Shown here piece after piece: positions 50,690 to 62,659 of a DNA stretch of 64,000 nt. The position numbers were made by a program, and so were the translations under genes. The notes beneath the pieces are model-generated. The model worked only from the letters and a program-made list of their open reading frames with translations. It made no database searches and was not told the DNA's origin. The stretch is from Squalus acanthias (taxonomy: Eukaryota): assembly GCA_030390025.1 (NCBI GenBank), contig CM059431.1, positions 96,102,001 through 96,166,000 of the forward strand, in the 5' to 3' direction. The first letter of the stretch is position 1; every line of letters starts with the position of its first letter.

Positions 50690-51580
50690 AATGATGGGAC
50701 AGCTGAGCCCATTGCCTGCAATTCCTGTGCCACGTGGGAACTCCGGGATACTTCATGTGTCCTGGATAACCACATGTGCAGGAAGTGCCTCCAGCTGCTC
50801 GAACTCAAGCTCTGGGTTTCTGAGCTTGAAGAGCAGCTGGAATCACTGCAGGGCATACAGGAGGCTGAGAATTTCCTGGATTGTGCATTCCAGGAGGTGG
50901 TCACCCTGGAGCCACAGAGAATTCAGGAGGATAGTAAGTGGGTGGCCATCCAGCAGGGTAGGGAGAGGCATTCAGTGCAGGAATCCTCCGGGAGTGTGGC
51001 ACTCTGAAACCGGTTTTCAGTACCAGTGAGGGTGACGACATCTCGGGGAGTACAGTCTAGAGAACATCCACAGCACCATGGGGCAAATGACTGCACAGGG
51101 GAGCAAAGCAAAGTGTAGAAATGCAGTTGTCATAGGAGATTCAATAGTCAAGGGGATAGGCAGGCATTTCTACAACTGACGACGTGAGTCTCGCACGGTG
51201 TGTACCCTCCCTGGTGTCAGGGTAAAGGCATCACTGAGAGAGTGAAGAACACTTTGAAAGGGGAAGGGGAACAGCCAGAAGTCGTGGTCCATGTGGGAAC
51301 CAATGACATAGGTAGGAAAAGGGTTGATGTCCTACATGCAGAGTTTCAGGAGCTAGAGGAAGTTAAAGGACAGAACCTCCACAGATAGTAATCTCTGAAT
51401 TACTCCTAGTAGGATAAAGCAGGATAACATGTGGCTGGAGAAATGGTGCAGGAGGGAGGGCTTCAGATTCCTGGGGCATTGGGATTAGTTCTGGGACAGG
51501 AAGGACCTGTTCAAGGTGGACAGGTTGCACCTTAACAGGGCTAAGAACAATGTTCTTGCAGGAAGATTAACTGGGGCTGT
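50690..51580 (+). mobile_element. CR1 ORF1 remnant (Zn-finger/coiled coil + SGNH esterase)
   Basis: CNSCATW..HMCRKCLQLLELKLWVSELEEQLESL; VVIGDSIV; VVVHVGTNDIG; DRLHLNR. Confidence 0.82.
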
Positions 51581-52058
51581 AACTATTTGCAACACCAAAG
51601 TTCTTATTGGTCCCCTTGGAGGTCAAGACCAGATTTCTGATTGGTTCCCTTGGAGGACAAGACACAGTTGCAGCAGTTTGTCTGGAATGTGTAATTAGAT
51701 CCTGCCTGCCTGAGTAATCAAGATCATTGCAATGTGTAATTTGATCCATTACACTACTACTTTCAAAGAACAGACAGGGCTCACCCTCCCGTGTTAGGAG
51801 CTCTCACACTACCGAGTTCAGATAGGAAGGGGTGAGGCCATGGAGGGATTTTAACATGAGGATGAAAATTTTAAAATCAAGGCGTTGGTGGACAATGTTC
51901 CCCCTAATACTTTTTTTAATGGGCTGCACAGGACCGCCAGACAGCTGCACAGGGGCGATGGGCGAATGGGACTTGCTGCGTGTTTAGGATGCATGCAGCA
52001 GAGTTTTAGATGAACTCAAGTTCATTGAGGGTGGAAGATGGGAGGCTGGCCAGGAGAA

Positions 52059-52631
52059 CGTTGGACATCCTGGAGAGATGTATGTTGGACATCATGGGGA
52101 GTTAAGGGTTAACAGTCGAACTTCTTTGTATCTTAAAGCAACAGTCTTTCCAAGCTATAAACAGGATGACTTTGAAATGCCGTAAAAATGCATGGCTTGT
52201 TTTCTAAGATGTAAAGTGCTTGTGCAAGGGAATAAGTGTAGGTATTAAAACATAGCTTTAGTTTTAGGGTAATAAAACAGGGGTAGCAAATCCATTTGAG
52301 GAAGTCTTGTTAAAGGGAAGTGGTTTTGAAGTAAACAATTGCAAACTGTTTTCAAAGGATTTGGGAAATAGATACGTCATACAGGCTTGTCTATGACAGT
52401 TTCCTTTGATGTAGTCAAAATATGGTGTATAAAGGAGCATGGTTTTCACCAGTTTGTCAGAGTGTTCTCGAAAGATACAGAAACTGAATATCCACTGTCT
52501 GTATGCAGTTAAGACTGATCACCTTTACTGTGCATCAATAAAGTTTGTTCCGTATACTCCACTATGAAGTCCCATGTTTACTTGAAACGTGTTGTTGTGA
52601 ACCAGAGGAAAAGGAGGTTGACTGTCTAACA
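52059..52631 (+). mobile_element. Candidate solo LTR inserted in a minus-strand L2 fragment (from ~51815)
   Basis: (T/C)GTTGGACA...TGTCTAACA termini, TATAAA at ~52428, AATAAA at ~52537; flanks GAGAA/CAGAA; L2-like sequence appears to resume after. Confidence 0.45.
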
Positions 52632-52802
52632 CAGAACATTGGACTATTTGAGTCCGGCAAATAACACATAAAAGTAATGTTATGCATGTTGTAGGACCAA
52701 CACAGAATATGCTCTCATTTTAAAAAAATCATTTATTTATTGCCCATCCCTAGTTGCCCTTGAGAGGGTGGTCGTGAGCTGCCTTCTTGAACAGCTGCGG
52801 TC

Positions 52803-53165
52803 TGGGGGTGGGGTGGTGGGAGGCGGGGGTGTGGTGTGGTGAGGTGGGGGGTGTGGTGGGGGGGGTGTGGTGGGGGGGTTATGGTGGGGGCGTGGGGTGG
52901 GGTTGTGGTAGGGGGGTGGGGTGGGGTGGTGGGGGGATGGGGGTGTGGTGTGTGGTGGTGTTGTGGTGGGGGGGTGGGGTGGGTTGGTGGGATGGGGGCT
53001 GGTGGGGTGGGGGGATGGGGCTGTGGTGTGGTGTGTGGTGGTGGGATGGGGGCTGGTGGGATGGGGTGATGGGGGTGTGGTGGTGTGGTGGGCGGTGTGT
53101 GGTGGGGGTGTGGGGTGTGGTGGGGGGGTGGGGTGGGATGGTGGGGGGCTGGTGGGGTGGGAGGG
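52803..53165 (+). repeat. G/T-rich low-complexity tract (GGTGGGG-like, G-quadruplex-prone)
   Basis: Nearly all G and T. Confidence 0.9.
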
Positions 53166-53349
53166 CTGTGGGGGAGAGGGAGAATGTGATGCAGGTGTAA
53201 AGGGTGGGGGTGGAAGAACGTGATCCAGGCCTAACAGAGGGCGGGAGAACGTGATCTATCTTCCCATCTGGATCACGTTCTTGCTCTCATCCCATCCCTC
53301 CTTTACACCTGGATCACATTCTTCCCCCCTCCCCGCTGTTGTCACCATA

Positions 53350-53960
53350 TTACCCCCCCAACAAGTTCTGTCCTTCTCTCCCCGAGTTTAGGACACCCAA
53401 CCACCCCGCCCCCGACAAGCTCCTGACCTTCTCCCATCTCTCTGAGCTCCTCTCTCTCTGAGCTCCTCTCACCCCCACAATCCTCTCTCTCCACCCAACG
53501 ATCCTCTCTCTCCCCCCTTTGATCCTCTCCCCCACTTCGATCCCCTCTCCCCCCACCTTTCGATCCCCTCTCTCCCCCCTCCAATCCTCTCTCTCCCACC
53601 TTCGATCCTCTCCCCCACTTCGATCCCCTCTCCCCCCCACCTTTCGGTCCCCTCTCTCCCCCACTTCGATCCCCTCTCTCCCCCACTTTTGATCCTCTTT
53701 CTCCACTCCCTCTCTATCCTCTTTATCCCCTGCCTCTCTCCCCTCCCTTTGATCCTCTCCCCCCCTCCCTTTGATCCTCTCTCTCCTCCCCCCCCCCCCT
53801 CCGATCCGGTCTCCCCTCCCTCTCCCCCCCCCCCGATCCTCTCTTTCCCACCCCTCTGCTTTTCTCTCTCCCCTCTGATCCTCTCTCCCCCCCCCCCCGA
53901 TCCTCTTCTTCCCCCCCTTCAATCCTCTCTCTCCCCCGCGTCCCCATCCGATCCCCTGAC
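53350..53960 (+). repeat. C/T-rich degenerate repeat (GATCCTCTCTCCCCC)n
   Basis: Repeated GATCC(T/C)CTC units. Confidence 0.85.
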
Positions 53961-55335
53961 CTTCTCCGCACGGAGCCAAGGAAAGTAGCCACGGCGCCAT
54001 CGAGTACTGCGCATGCGCGACCAGATCGCGTTCGCATGCGCAGTACCGAACGGGTGCGCATGCGCAGAGAGCCAAAAATGTGGTGCAAATAATCACTCCA
54101 ATTAACTAGTGCTATGGGGGAGGGTTTAAACTAATTTGGCAGGAGGAAGGGCACCAGGATAAAGCATTAGAGTGGAGATACAAAGCGCAGAGAGGACTGA
54201 GAGAGACAAACAGTATTGGAATAAAGAGCTCATAAATAGGAGAGATCAGACAAGGGGAAAATACAAGGCAGACTAAGATCGATTTGGAGTGCATGTGCGT
54301 GGTGAATAAGGTTGGTGAATTGCAGGCACAAGTAGCCACATTATGACATAGTGCCAATAACAGAGACCTGGCTCACACAAGGGGAGGAATGGTCACTTAA
54401 TATTTCTGGCTACAATGTATTGAGAAGGAAAATAATGGTGTAAAGGGCAAAGAGGGGAAAGAATTCCTGAAATCAAGGAAGGAAGCAGTGCTGGATCTAG
54501 TTCTGTGAAATGAAGTGGGGCAATTGGAGCATGATTCAGTGGGGAATTATTTGGGAAACAGTAATCACAATATCATTATGTTTAGAGTAGTTATGGAAAA
54601 GGCAAGGAAAAATCAAATGTGAAAATACGCTACTGGAGGAGAGCTAATTTCAGCGAGTTGAAAAAGGATCAGGCCCAGGTAGATTGGAATCAATGATTGG
54701 TAGGTAAAACAGTAAATGAGCAATGGGAGGCCTGCAAAGAAAAGATAGTTCGGGTACCGACTAGACACATTCCCATGAGGGGGAACAAAAAGCATCCAAA
54801 GCTCGAGCTCCCTGGATGACTAAAGATATAGAGATTTAAATAAAATAGAATAGGGGGGCTTATGATTAATGTCTCGTCCATAATTCAGTTGAGAACCAAG
54901 CTGAATACAAAAAGTACAGAGAACTGAAAAAGGAAATAAGAGGGCCAAAGAGAGTGTATCAGAATAGATTAGCAGGTAACATAAAAGGGAACCCAAAAGT
55001 CTTTTATAAACATAGAAATAGTGGAAGGGTTGGCCAATAAGGAACCAGAAAGGAGATCTTCTTGTGGAGGCAGAGGGCATGGCTGAGGCACTAAATGAGT
55101 ATGTTGCATTTGTCTTCATTAAAGAAGGGGATTCTGAAAATGTCACAGTAAAGGAGGTGGTAGTAGAGAAATTGGATGGGATAAAAATAGATAAAGAGGA
55201 GGTACTTAAATGGTTGGCAGTCCTCAGAGTAGAAATGTCACCCAGTCCAGATGAGATGCATCCTAGCTTGCTGAGGGAAGTAAGGGTTCACATTGGGGAG
55301 GCTCTGGTAACAACCTTCCAATCCTCCTTAGATAT

Positions 55336-55478
55336 ATGTGAGAAGTCGCACAACACCAGGTTGTAGTCCAACAGCTTTATTTGAAATCACAAGCTTTCGG
55401 AGCGCTGCTCCGTCAGTGAACCTGACGACTTCTCACATTTGTCCATCCCAGTCCAACACCGGCATCTCCACATCATGG
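55336..55478 (+). mobile_element. Penelope family-B fold-back insertion, internally deleted
   Basis: 12-bp TSD CTCCTTAGATAT (55324-55335, 55479-55490); turn CGTCAG-TGAAC-CTGACG at 55411-55427. Confidence 0.82.
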
Positions 55479-55832
55479 CTCCTTAGATATGGAAGTGATG
55501 CCAAAGGACTGGAGGATTGCAAATGTTACACCTATGTTCAAAAAAGGAGAGAGGAATGAATCCGGCAAGTACAGGCCTGACAGCCTGACGGCGTTTGTAC
55601 AGAAACTTTTAGAGACAAAATTAATTGGCACTTGGAAAAATATGAGTTAATCAAAGCCAGCACAGATTTGTTAAAGGAAAGTCGTGTTTGACTAGCTTGA
55701 TTGAGTTCTTTGATGAAGTAACGGAGAGAGTTGATGAGGGTCTTGCAGTTAATGTTGTATATATGGACTTTCAAAAGGTGTTTGAAAAGTACCACACAAT
55801 AGATTTGTTAGCAAAATTGAAGTCCATGGGAT

Positions 55833-56578
55833 TGTAAGAAATCGGGAATTGGAAGAAATTGTGAATTGTAAAAAGTAATGGTTTTATAAAAGAAATGGGT
55901 TTGCCTCGCTCAGCAGCCAGGATAAGCTGATGACACAGAAGAAACCAATCATGTCAGATAAGGAGTTGCACAAAGAGCTGAGGTCGTTTACAAGGGCATA
56001 ACGCAGAAATAGGCCTTCATGTAGGCATGACTGGGCATGGTAAGAGGATTGAGCAAGGAGCCTTGAGATGAACAGTCTATCCAAGAGAAGGTAACCAGAG
56101 TTCCAAACAAGCGATAAGCGGAGGGATGATCTCATGGGGACAGGCGGGTAGGTTTGCCGTAGGTACCTATTCCCCTGTAACTGGACAATTGAATGGGTAA
56201 CAAATAATTGACGCGAGGTATCCACCGGCCCCCCGAAATAAGGTATATAAACGAGCAGCCGAAAGGGAAAAACAGGCAGAGAGGGGAAGAGCTTCCCTGG
56301 AGTGGATTCATGCTCACTTTGGCTTAACACCTCCGCCAGCCTCGGGAAACGACCAAAGAGAAAGAGACCACTGCCACAGGCTGCAGGGATCCGAGACCAC
56401 TGTCCGTTCCGGGGCCGGTAAACGCTTCTCATCTGTTACGGGTCGTATGTGTACTATGTCTATCCTGATTGTGTGTTGTATTTGATTATATTTGAACTGC
56501 TGCTCCTTAATAAAATGACCTAAGACTCCCAAGACCCTTTTGGGTAATCTGTGTGTGACCTGTGATCCAAATCTTACA
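55833..56578 (+). mobile_element. Solo LTR (746 bp; Gypsy- or ERV-type)
   Basis: TGTAAGA...TCTTACA termini; 4-bp TSD GGAT; TATATAAA at ~56244 and AATAAA at ~56509; CR1 (CATGGGAT|TAAAGGG) resumes exactly. Confidence 0.85.
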
Positions 56579-56701
56579 GGATTAAAGGGGCAGTGGCTGT
56601 GTGGATACGAAGTTGGGATAGAAAGCAGATAGTGGTGAACAGTTGTTTTTCAGACTGTAGGGAAGTATGCAGTGGTGTCCCCCAGGGATCGGTGTTGGGA
56701 C

Positions 56702-56865
56702 CAATGTTCCCTGTAATTCTTTTTGGGCCACGTGGCCCCATTAACGGGCAGCGCGGCCCATTCAAAATTCCGCGCATGTGCGTTCTTTTCAATGTAAAAG
56801 CCGGCTCACCGGCTGCATGGGACTCCTGGAGCGCTGCGTGGTGGCGCAGCTTAAAGGGAACATTG
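56702..56865. mobile_element. hAT-type MITE
   Basis: TIR CAATGTTCCC/GGGAACATTG; perfect 8-bp TSD GTTGGGAC, inserted in the codons for the RT SVLGP motif. Confidence 0.88.
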
Positions 56866-57831
56866 GTTGGGACCACTGCTCTTTTTGATATATATTAATG
56901 AGCTGGACTTAGGTGTACAGGACATAATTTCAAAGTTTTCAGATGAGACAAAACATGGAAAAGTAGTAAACGGTGAGGAGGATATCAACTGCCTTCAGGC
57001 GGACATAGACAGTCTGGTGAAATGGGCAGACACATGGCAGATGAAATTTAATGCAGAGAAGTGTGAAATGATTCATTTTGGTAAGAAGAATAAGAAGAGG
57101 CATATGAACTACATGGTACAATTTTAAAGGGGGTGCAGGAACAGATAGACCTGGGGATGTACGTACACAAGTCTTTGAAGGTACAGGACAATTTCAGAAG
57201 GCTGTTAAAAAGGCATATGGGATACTTGGCTTTATAAATAGGGGCATAGGAGACAAAAGCAAGGTCATTCTGCTAAACTTTTATAAAACACTAGTTAGGC
57301 CCCAGCTGGAGTATTGTGGCCAAATCTAGGCACAACACTTTAGGAGGGATGTCAAGGCCTTAGAGAGGGTGCAGAGGAGATTTACTAGAATGGTACCAGG
57401 GATGCAAGACTTCAGTTATGTGGAGAGACTAGAGAAACTGGGGTTGTTCTCCTTTGAGCAGAGAAGGTTAAGGGGAGATTTGATAGGTGTTCAAAATCTT
57501 GAAGGATTTTGACAGAGTAAATAAGAAGAAACTGTTTCCAGTGGCAGAAGGGTCAGTAACCAGAAGAGTAATTGGCAAAAGAACCAGAGGAGAATGAGGA
57601 AAAAAATTACTGAGTGAGTTGTTATGATCTGGAGTGCACTGCCTGAAAGGGTGGTGGAAGCAGATTCAATAATAACTTTCAAAAGGGAATTGAATAAATA
57701 CCCTTTAAGATCTGAAGGGCTATGGGAAAAGAGCAGGGAGTGGGACTAATTGGATAGCTCTTTCAAAGACCCAGCACCAGCATGAGGGGTGGAATGGCTT
57801 CCTTCTGTGCTGTATCATTCTATGATAATAT

Positions 57832-58017
57832 GGTGTAGATTTTAAACTTCCCACCCAGGTTTAAAACTGACGTTGCACATCGGCTGTCTATTACATAACC
57901 CGTCCAATTTTCATTTCCATTTTAATCAATGGAAATGAATATGAATGCTTTCTATAATGGACAGCCAATCCACCATGCCAGTTTTAAGCCCAGGCATCAA
58001 GTTAAAAGTCTAGCCCC
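57832..58017. mobile_element. Degenerate palindromic MITE
   Basis: GGTGTAGATTTTAAACTT...AAGTTAAAAGTCTAGCCCC ends; central TTCATTTCCATT..AATGGAAATGAA hairpin. Confidence 0.6.
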
Positions 58018-58726
58018 ATTTTTCTCATCATTCCTATTGTGTTAATTAATGGTCTAAGTTTCATTCCCGGGGCCCTCCAGGTTTTTTTGTGCTGCCTCTT
58101 ACTCTGGAGGTGAATATAACATACAGGGTGTCGATGTGTTGTGCAGAATCTGTTAGGAGTGGAGGATGAGCTCTCATGGGTGCTGAGTCTACAAAATTAC
58201 ATTGGGAGCTCAAGGTGGTGCCTTATCTGGAGATATTCATCATGCTTTTGTTTTTACTAACCAGGGCATTACTTGGTCCTGGTGTAAATGTTAGCCTAAT
58301 GTACTGACCCCTTTTTCATGCCAGTCTCTGAATCCATTTGAAGCAAATTCTCCAAACCAGATAGAAAGCTAACAGACCCAAAGGGATCCTCAGGGAAGAG
58401 CAATCACAAAGGATTAGTGTAACAATTGACTGCTTCTGTTGGTCTTTTCCAAGGGTCCATGAAAGGATGATTGATAGGGATACCACGGTCTCCATTCCCA
58501 GCCATGGATTCTGCTGGGAGATGATGCACCAGCTTATAGTCCTCTGGACTTGCACGTACAATAGTGCCTGATGTTCACGAGTGCCCCCTTTTTTTGGGAA
58601 CTGAAATTGCTCAAATTTATCTGTTCAACTGCAAAAATATTTTTGGTGCTCATTTCAAAGACCTCAAGTGATTCTATTAGTTCTAGAAATAAATTACTGG
58701 TAACTAATGAGTAAATAAAATTAGAA

Positions 58727-61700
58727 ATGGCAGCACTGGCATTTTGTTGGGACTGCAGTATGTGGACGAGACTGTCCCAGATTATCGCATCTGCAGAAAA
58801 TATCTCTGCCTTGAGACACTCCGGCTCACAGTCATTGAGCTGGAGTGTGAGTAGGAGATACTCCGACACAAGGGGGAGGAATTTCTGGATAGTTTACTCC
58901 AAAGTACAATCACACCTCAGAGGGGGAACCTAGGGGAGGCAGTGAAGGAGGTCCCGCAGACACTGGTCCTATGAACAGGTACAAGGTGCATGCTACCTGT
59001 GAGAATAAAGATGAAGGCTGCAGGAAGAATGGACAGAATGCCTATCATGGTACCATTGAGCAGGAGGCAGTCCAAAAAGGCAAGGAGCAGAATAGAAAGG
59101 CTGTAGTCATAGGGGATTCAATAATTAGGGGAATTGATAGCATCCAGGAGGGTGTGTTGCCTATCTGGTACCAGGATAAACGATATCTTAGAGCAACTGG
59201 AGAGGAACATGGAAAGGGAGGAGGCAGTTGTCGTGGTCCATGTCGGGACCAATAACAGAGAAGAAGAGAGGAGGTCCTGCTAAGAGGTTATCAGGAGTTA
59301 AAAAGCAGGACCTTGAGGGTAATAATCTCAGGGTTACCTGATCTACGTGCAAATTGGCATAGAGACAAACAGATCAGGAAAGTAAATATGTGGCTGAAGG
59401 ATTGGTGGAGGAAAGAGGGATTCCATGGGACATTGGCACCAGTACTGGAACAGGAAGGAGTTATACTGCTGGTACGGGCTGCAACTGAACTGGTCTGGGA
59501 CCGAGGACCTAGCTGGAAGGATGAACAGGGCTGTAGAAAGGACTTTTAAAGCAAGAAAGAGGGGGAGGGCTCAGGTAGCAATAAAAAATAAAAGTGAAAT
59601 TAGCCTAAAGATGAGAAAAAGGGATGAGAGCAAAGTCCAGATGATAACTAGTGTTAAAGGTAATATAAATAGTTCAGGTTCAGAAAAAGAGGAAATAGTA
59701 ACAAATCAACTGATAAAAATAATGAAAAACAAGAAGTGTGATAAGTTAAAAAGTGAGAGAAAAACAGCATCAGGGCAAAGGGGCAGGGTATGATCTGTTG
59801 CCCAAATAAGATTTCTATACACAAATGCGCGTAGCATAATGAATTAAACAAGCGAATTAGAAGCACAAATCCAGTTTAAAGGGTATAACGTAGTGGTCAT
59901 CCCAGAACTGGCTATAAGCTGGGCATGATTGGGAGATAAATATTCCAGGTTATTAGGTCTTTAGAAAGGACAGGGAAATTGGAAAAGGAGGAGTAGCAAT
60001 ATTGGTAAATGGCACTATTATAGCATTAGAAAGAGTGTTTCCAGCATTTTCTGTTTTTATTTCACATTTCCAGCATCCGCAGTATTTTTCTTTCACTTTA
60101 AATTTGAGTAATGCTAGCTTTGAAGGGATGAGGCAGAAATTGACCTCAATAGACTGGGCATAACTGTTAATGACTAAAATTATAGATGAACAGTGAGAGG
60201 TGTTCAAAGAAGTACTTGGTACAATACAAAACCTGCACATACTCCAAAAGGGCAAGAGCTCTACTTGTGCAATTAAACAACCTTGGTCAACAAATGAGGT
60301 GAGAGATAATATAAAACTAAAAGAAAAGGCTTATACAAATGCAAAAAATAGTGGAGATCCCACAGACTGGGAGAGATATAAAGAACAGCAAAGGGATACA
60401 AAGAAAGTAGTAAGAGCTGCAAAAAGTGAATACGAGAAAAAACTTGCAAGGGTATCATGGACAACACTAAAGGTTTTACAAATATATTAAGAGAAAGAGA
60501 TTGGCTAAGAATAACGTGGGCCCCTTAAAGACAGACGCAAGTGATATTATAATTGAAAATAAGGAAATGGCAGACGTGTTAAATAGCTACACAGTAGAGG
60601 AAGAGTACCAGAAATACAAGGAAAAATAAAAATAAATCAAGGAGTAACTTACTAGATTTAATGCAAGTAAAAAAATGGTAATGGAGAAAATATTAAGACT
60701 GAAGATAGACAAATCTCCAGGACCTAATAGGTTCCACATAAGAGTATTGAAAGACATAGGTGAGGAAGTTGTAGATGCATAATTCATGATCTTCCAAAGC
60801 TCTAGATTCAGGAATTTTCCTCTTGGATTGGAAAACTGCCAATGTCACTCTGTTATTTAATAAGGGTGGGAAAGATAAACAAGGAAATTATAGACCTATT
60901 AGCCTAACATCTGCTGTGGGGAAATTACTAGAATTTGTTATTAGGGACAGTGATTGAACACTTGCACTGAGCTGATCAGAGAGAACCAGCATGGATTTGT
61001 AAAGGGTAAGTCATGTCTAACTAACCTAGTTGAATATTTTGAGATCATCAATCACGTTGCAAATAAGGGTATATCTATGGATGTTATCTATATGGACTTC
61101 CAGAAGGCATTTGATAAGGTTCCACACAAGAGACTGTTAGGAAAAATGGAAGTACATGGAATTGGATGCACCCTTTTGACATGGGTAGGGAATTGGTTAG
61201 GAGGTAGGAGACAGAGAATACAGATAATGGCTATGTACTCCAATTGGCAGCATGTGACTAATGGTGTTCCCCCAGGGATCTGTACTGGGGCCTCAGCTTT
61301 TCACTATATTTATAAATGACATAGATGAAAGAATAGAGAGTCTTATATCCAGGTTTGCTGATGACACCAAGTTAGGTGGCACAGTAAGTAGCGTAGATGG
61401 GAGCAGAAAGATGCAACGGGCATTGATAGATTGAATGGGCGGGTAAAAGTGTGACAGATGGAGATCAACATGGGGAAGTGTGAGGTCTTCCACCTTGGAC
61501 TTAAGAAAGACAGATCAGAGTATTTTCTAAATGGAGAGAAGCTAGGAACTGTGGAGGAGCAGAGAGATTTAGGGATTCATGTACAGAAATTACTTACAAC
61601 TAATGGACAGGTACAAAAAATAATTTGAAATGCAGATGGGATGTTAACCATCATCTCAAGGGGCTGGAATACAAAGGGGTGGAAGTTATACTGCAGCTGT

Positions 61701-62476
61701 ATAAGCCTCTGGTTAGACCGCATCCAGAGTAGTACATTCAGTTCTGGGCACCGCACCTCGTGAAGGATATACTGACCTTGGAGGGGGTGAAGTGCAGATT
61801 CACCAGACTGATACCAGGGCTAAAAGGGTAAATTATGAGGAAAGGTTCCATGGACTAGGCTTATATTCCCTTGTGTACAGAAGATTAATGGGTGATATAA
61901 TTGAGGTGTTTAAGATGATTAAATGATTTGATAGGGTAAAAGAAAGACAGACTTGCATTTATTTAGCGCTTTTCATTACCTCAGGACGTCCCAAAGTGCT
62001 TTACAGCCAATGAAGTACTTTTGAAGTATAGTCACTGTTGTAATGTAGGAAACACGGCAATCAATTTGTGCACAGCAATCTCCCACAAACAGCAATGTGA
62101 TAATGACCAGATAATCTGTTTCTTTAGTGATGTTGATTGAGGGAAGAATATTGGCCAGGACACCAGAGATAACTTCCCTGCTCTTGTAGATAGGGGGAAA
62201 CTTTTTCCTCTAGTGGCGGAGTCCAGAACAAGGGGGCATAAAATTTGAGCTTGATTGTTGATGGGAGATGTCAGGTAGCAATTCTTCACCCAAAGGATAG
62301 TGGAAATCTGGAACTCTCTCCCCCAAAAAGCTGTTGAGGTTGTTGTTAGGCAAGGGTATTAAGGGATATGGAACCAAGGTAGGTAAAAGAAGTTAAGATA
62401 CAGATCAGCCATGATCCACTTGAATGGCGGAACATCCTCAAGCGGCTGAATGGCCTACTCCTGTTCCTATGTTCCT
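58727..62476 (+). mobile_element. Near full-length but heavily mutated CR1 (ORF1 + ORF2 + tail), with a Penelope family-A tail at ~60032-60092 and a SINE 3' half at ~61940-62185
   Basis: CWDCSMW, VVIGDSIIRG, QHGFVKGKSCLTNL, MDFQKAFDKV; CCTATGTTCC tail. Confidence 0.85.
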
Positions 62477-62659
62477 AAAAAGATGTAGAAATTCAGATGT
62501 GCTGCAACTGTGGGAACATAGTATTGTTTCTTGCTATGAAAAATGCATAATATCAAGTGAGATACAAGAATTATGCTAAGTTATGGTTAGTACTAGAGAA
62601 GAAAGTAGTACCAGAGGCGGAAGTAGCACCATATTAGTAATGAGCAGACTAAGAAAAAC

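Larger units (their letters stand above)
54100..57825 (+). mobile_element. Degenerate CR1 ORF2 carrying three insertions (Penelope terminus, solo LTR, hAT MITE)
   Basis: ORFs 55064-55366, 56593-56898 ([10 protein letters not shown]) and 56867-57127; ATTCTATGAT tail. Confidence 0.88.

Noticed and set aside
52787..54096. Gly/Trp-rich and Gly/Arg/Glu-rich ORFs (also 32567-33006)
   Set aside because: Low-complexity translation artefacts.
58300..58900. Minus-strand ORFs 58316-58561 and 58534-58869
   Set aside because: The second is largely antisense to CR1 ORF1; the first has no recognisable motif.
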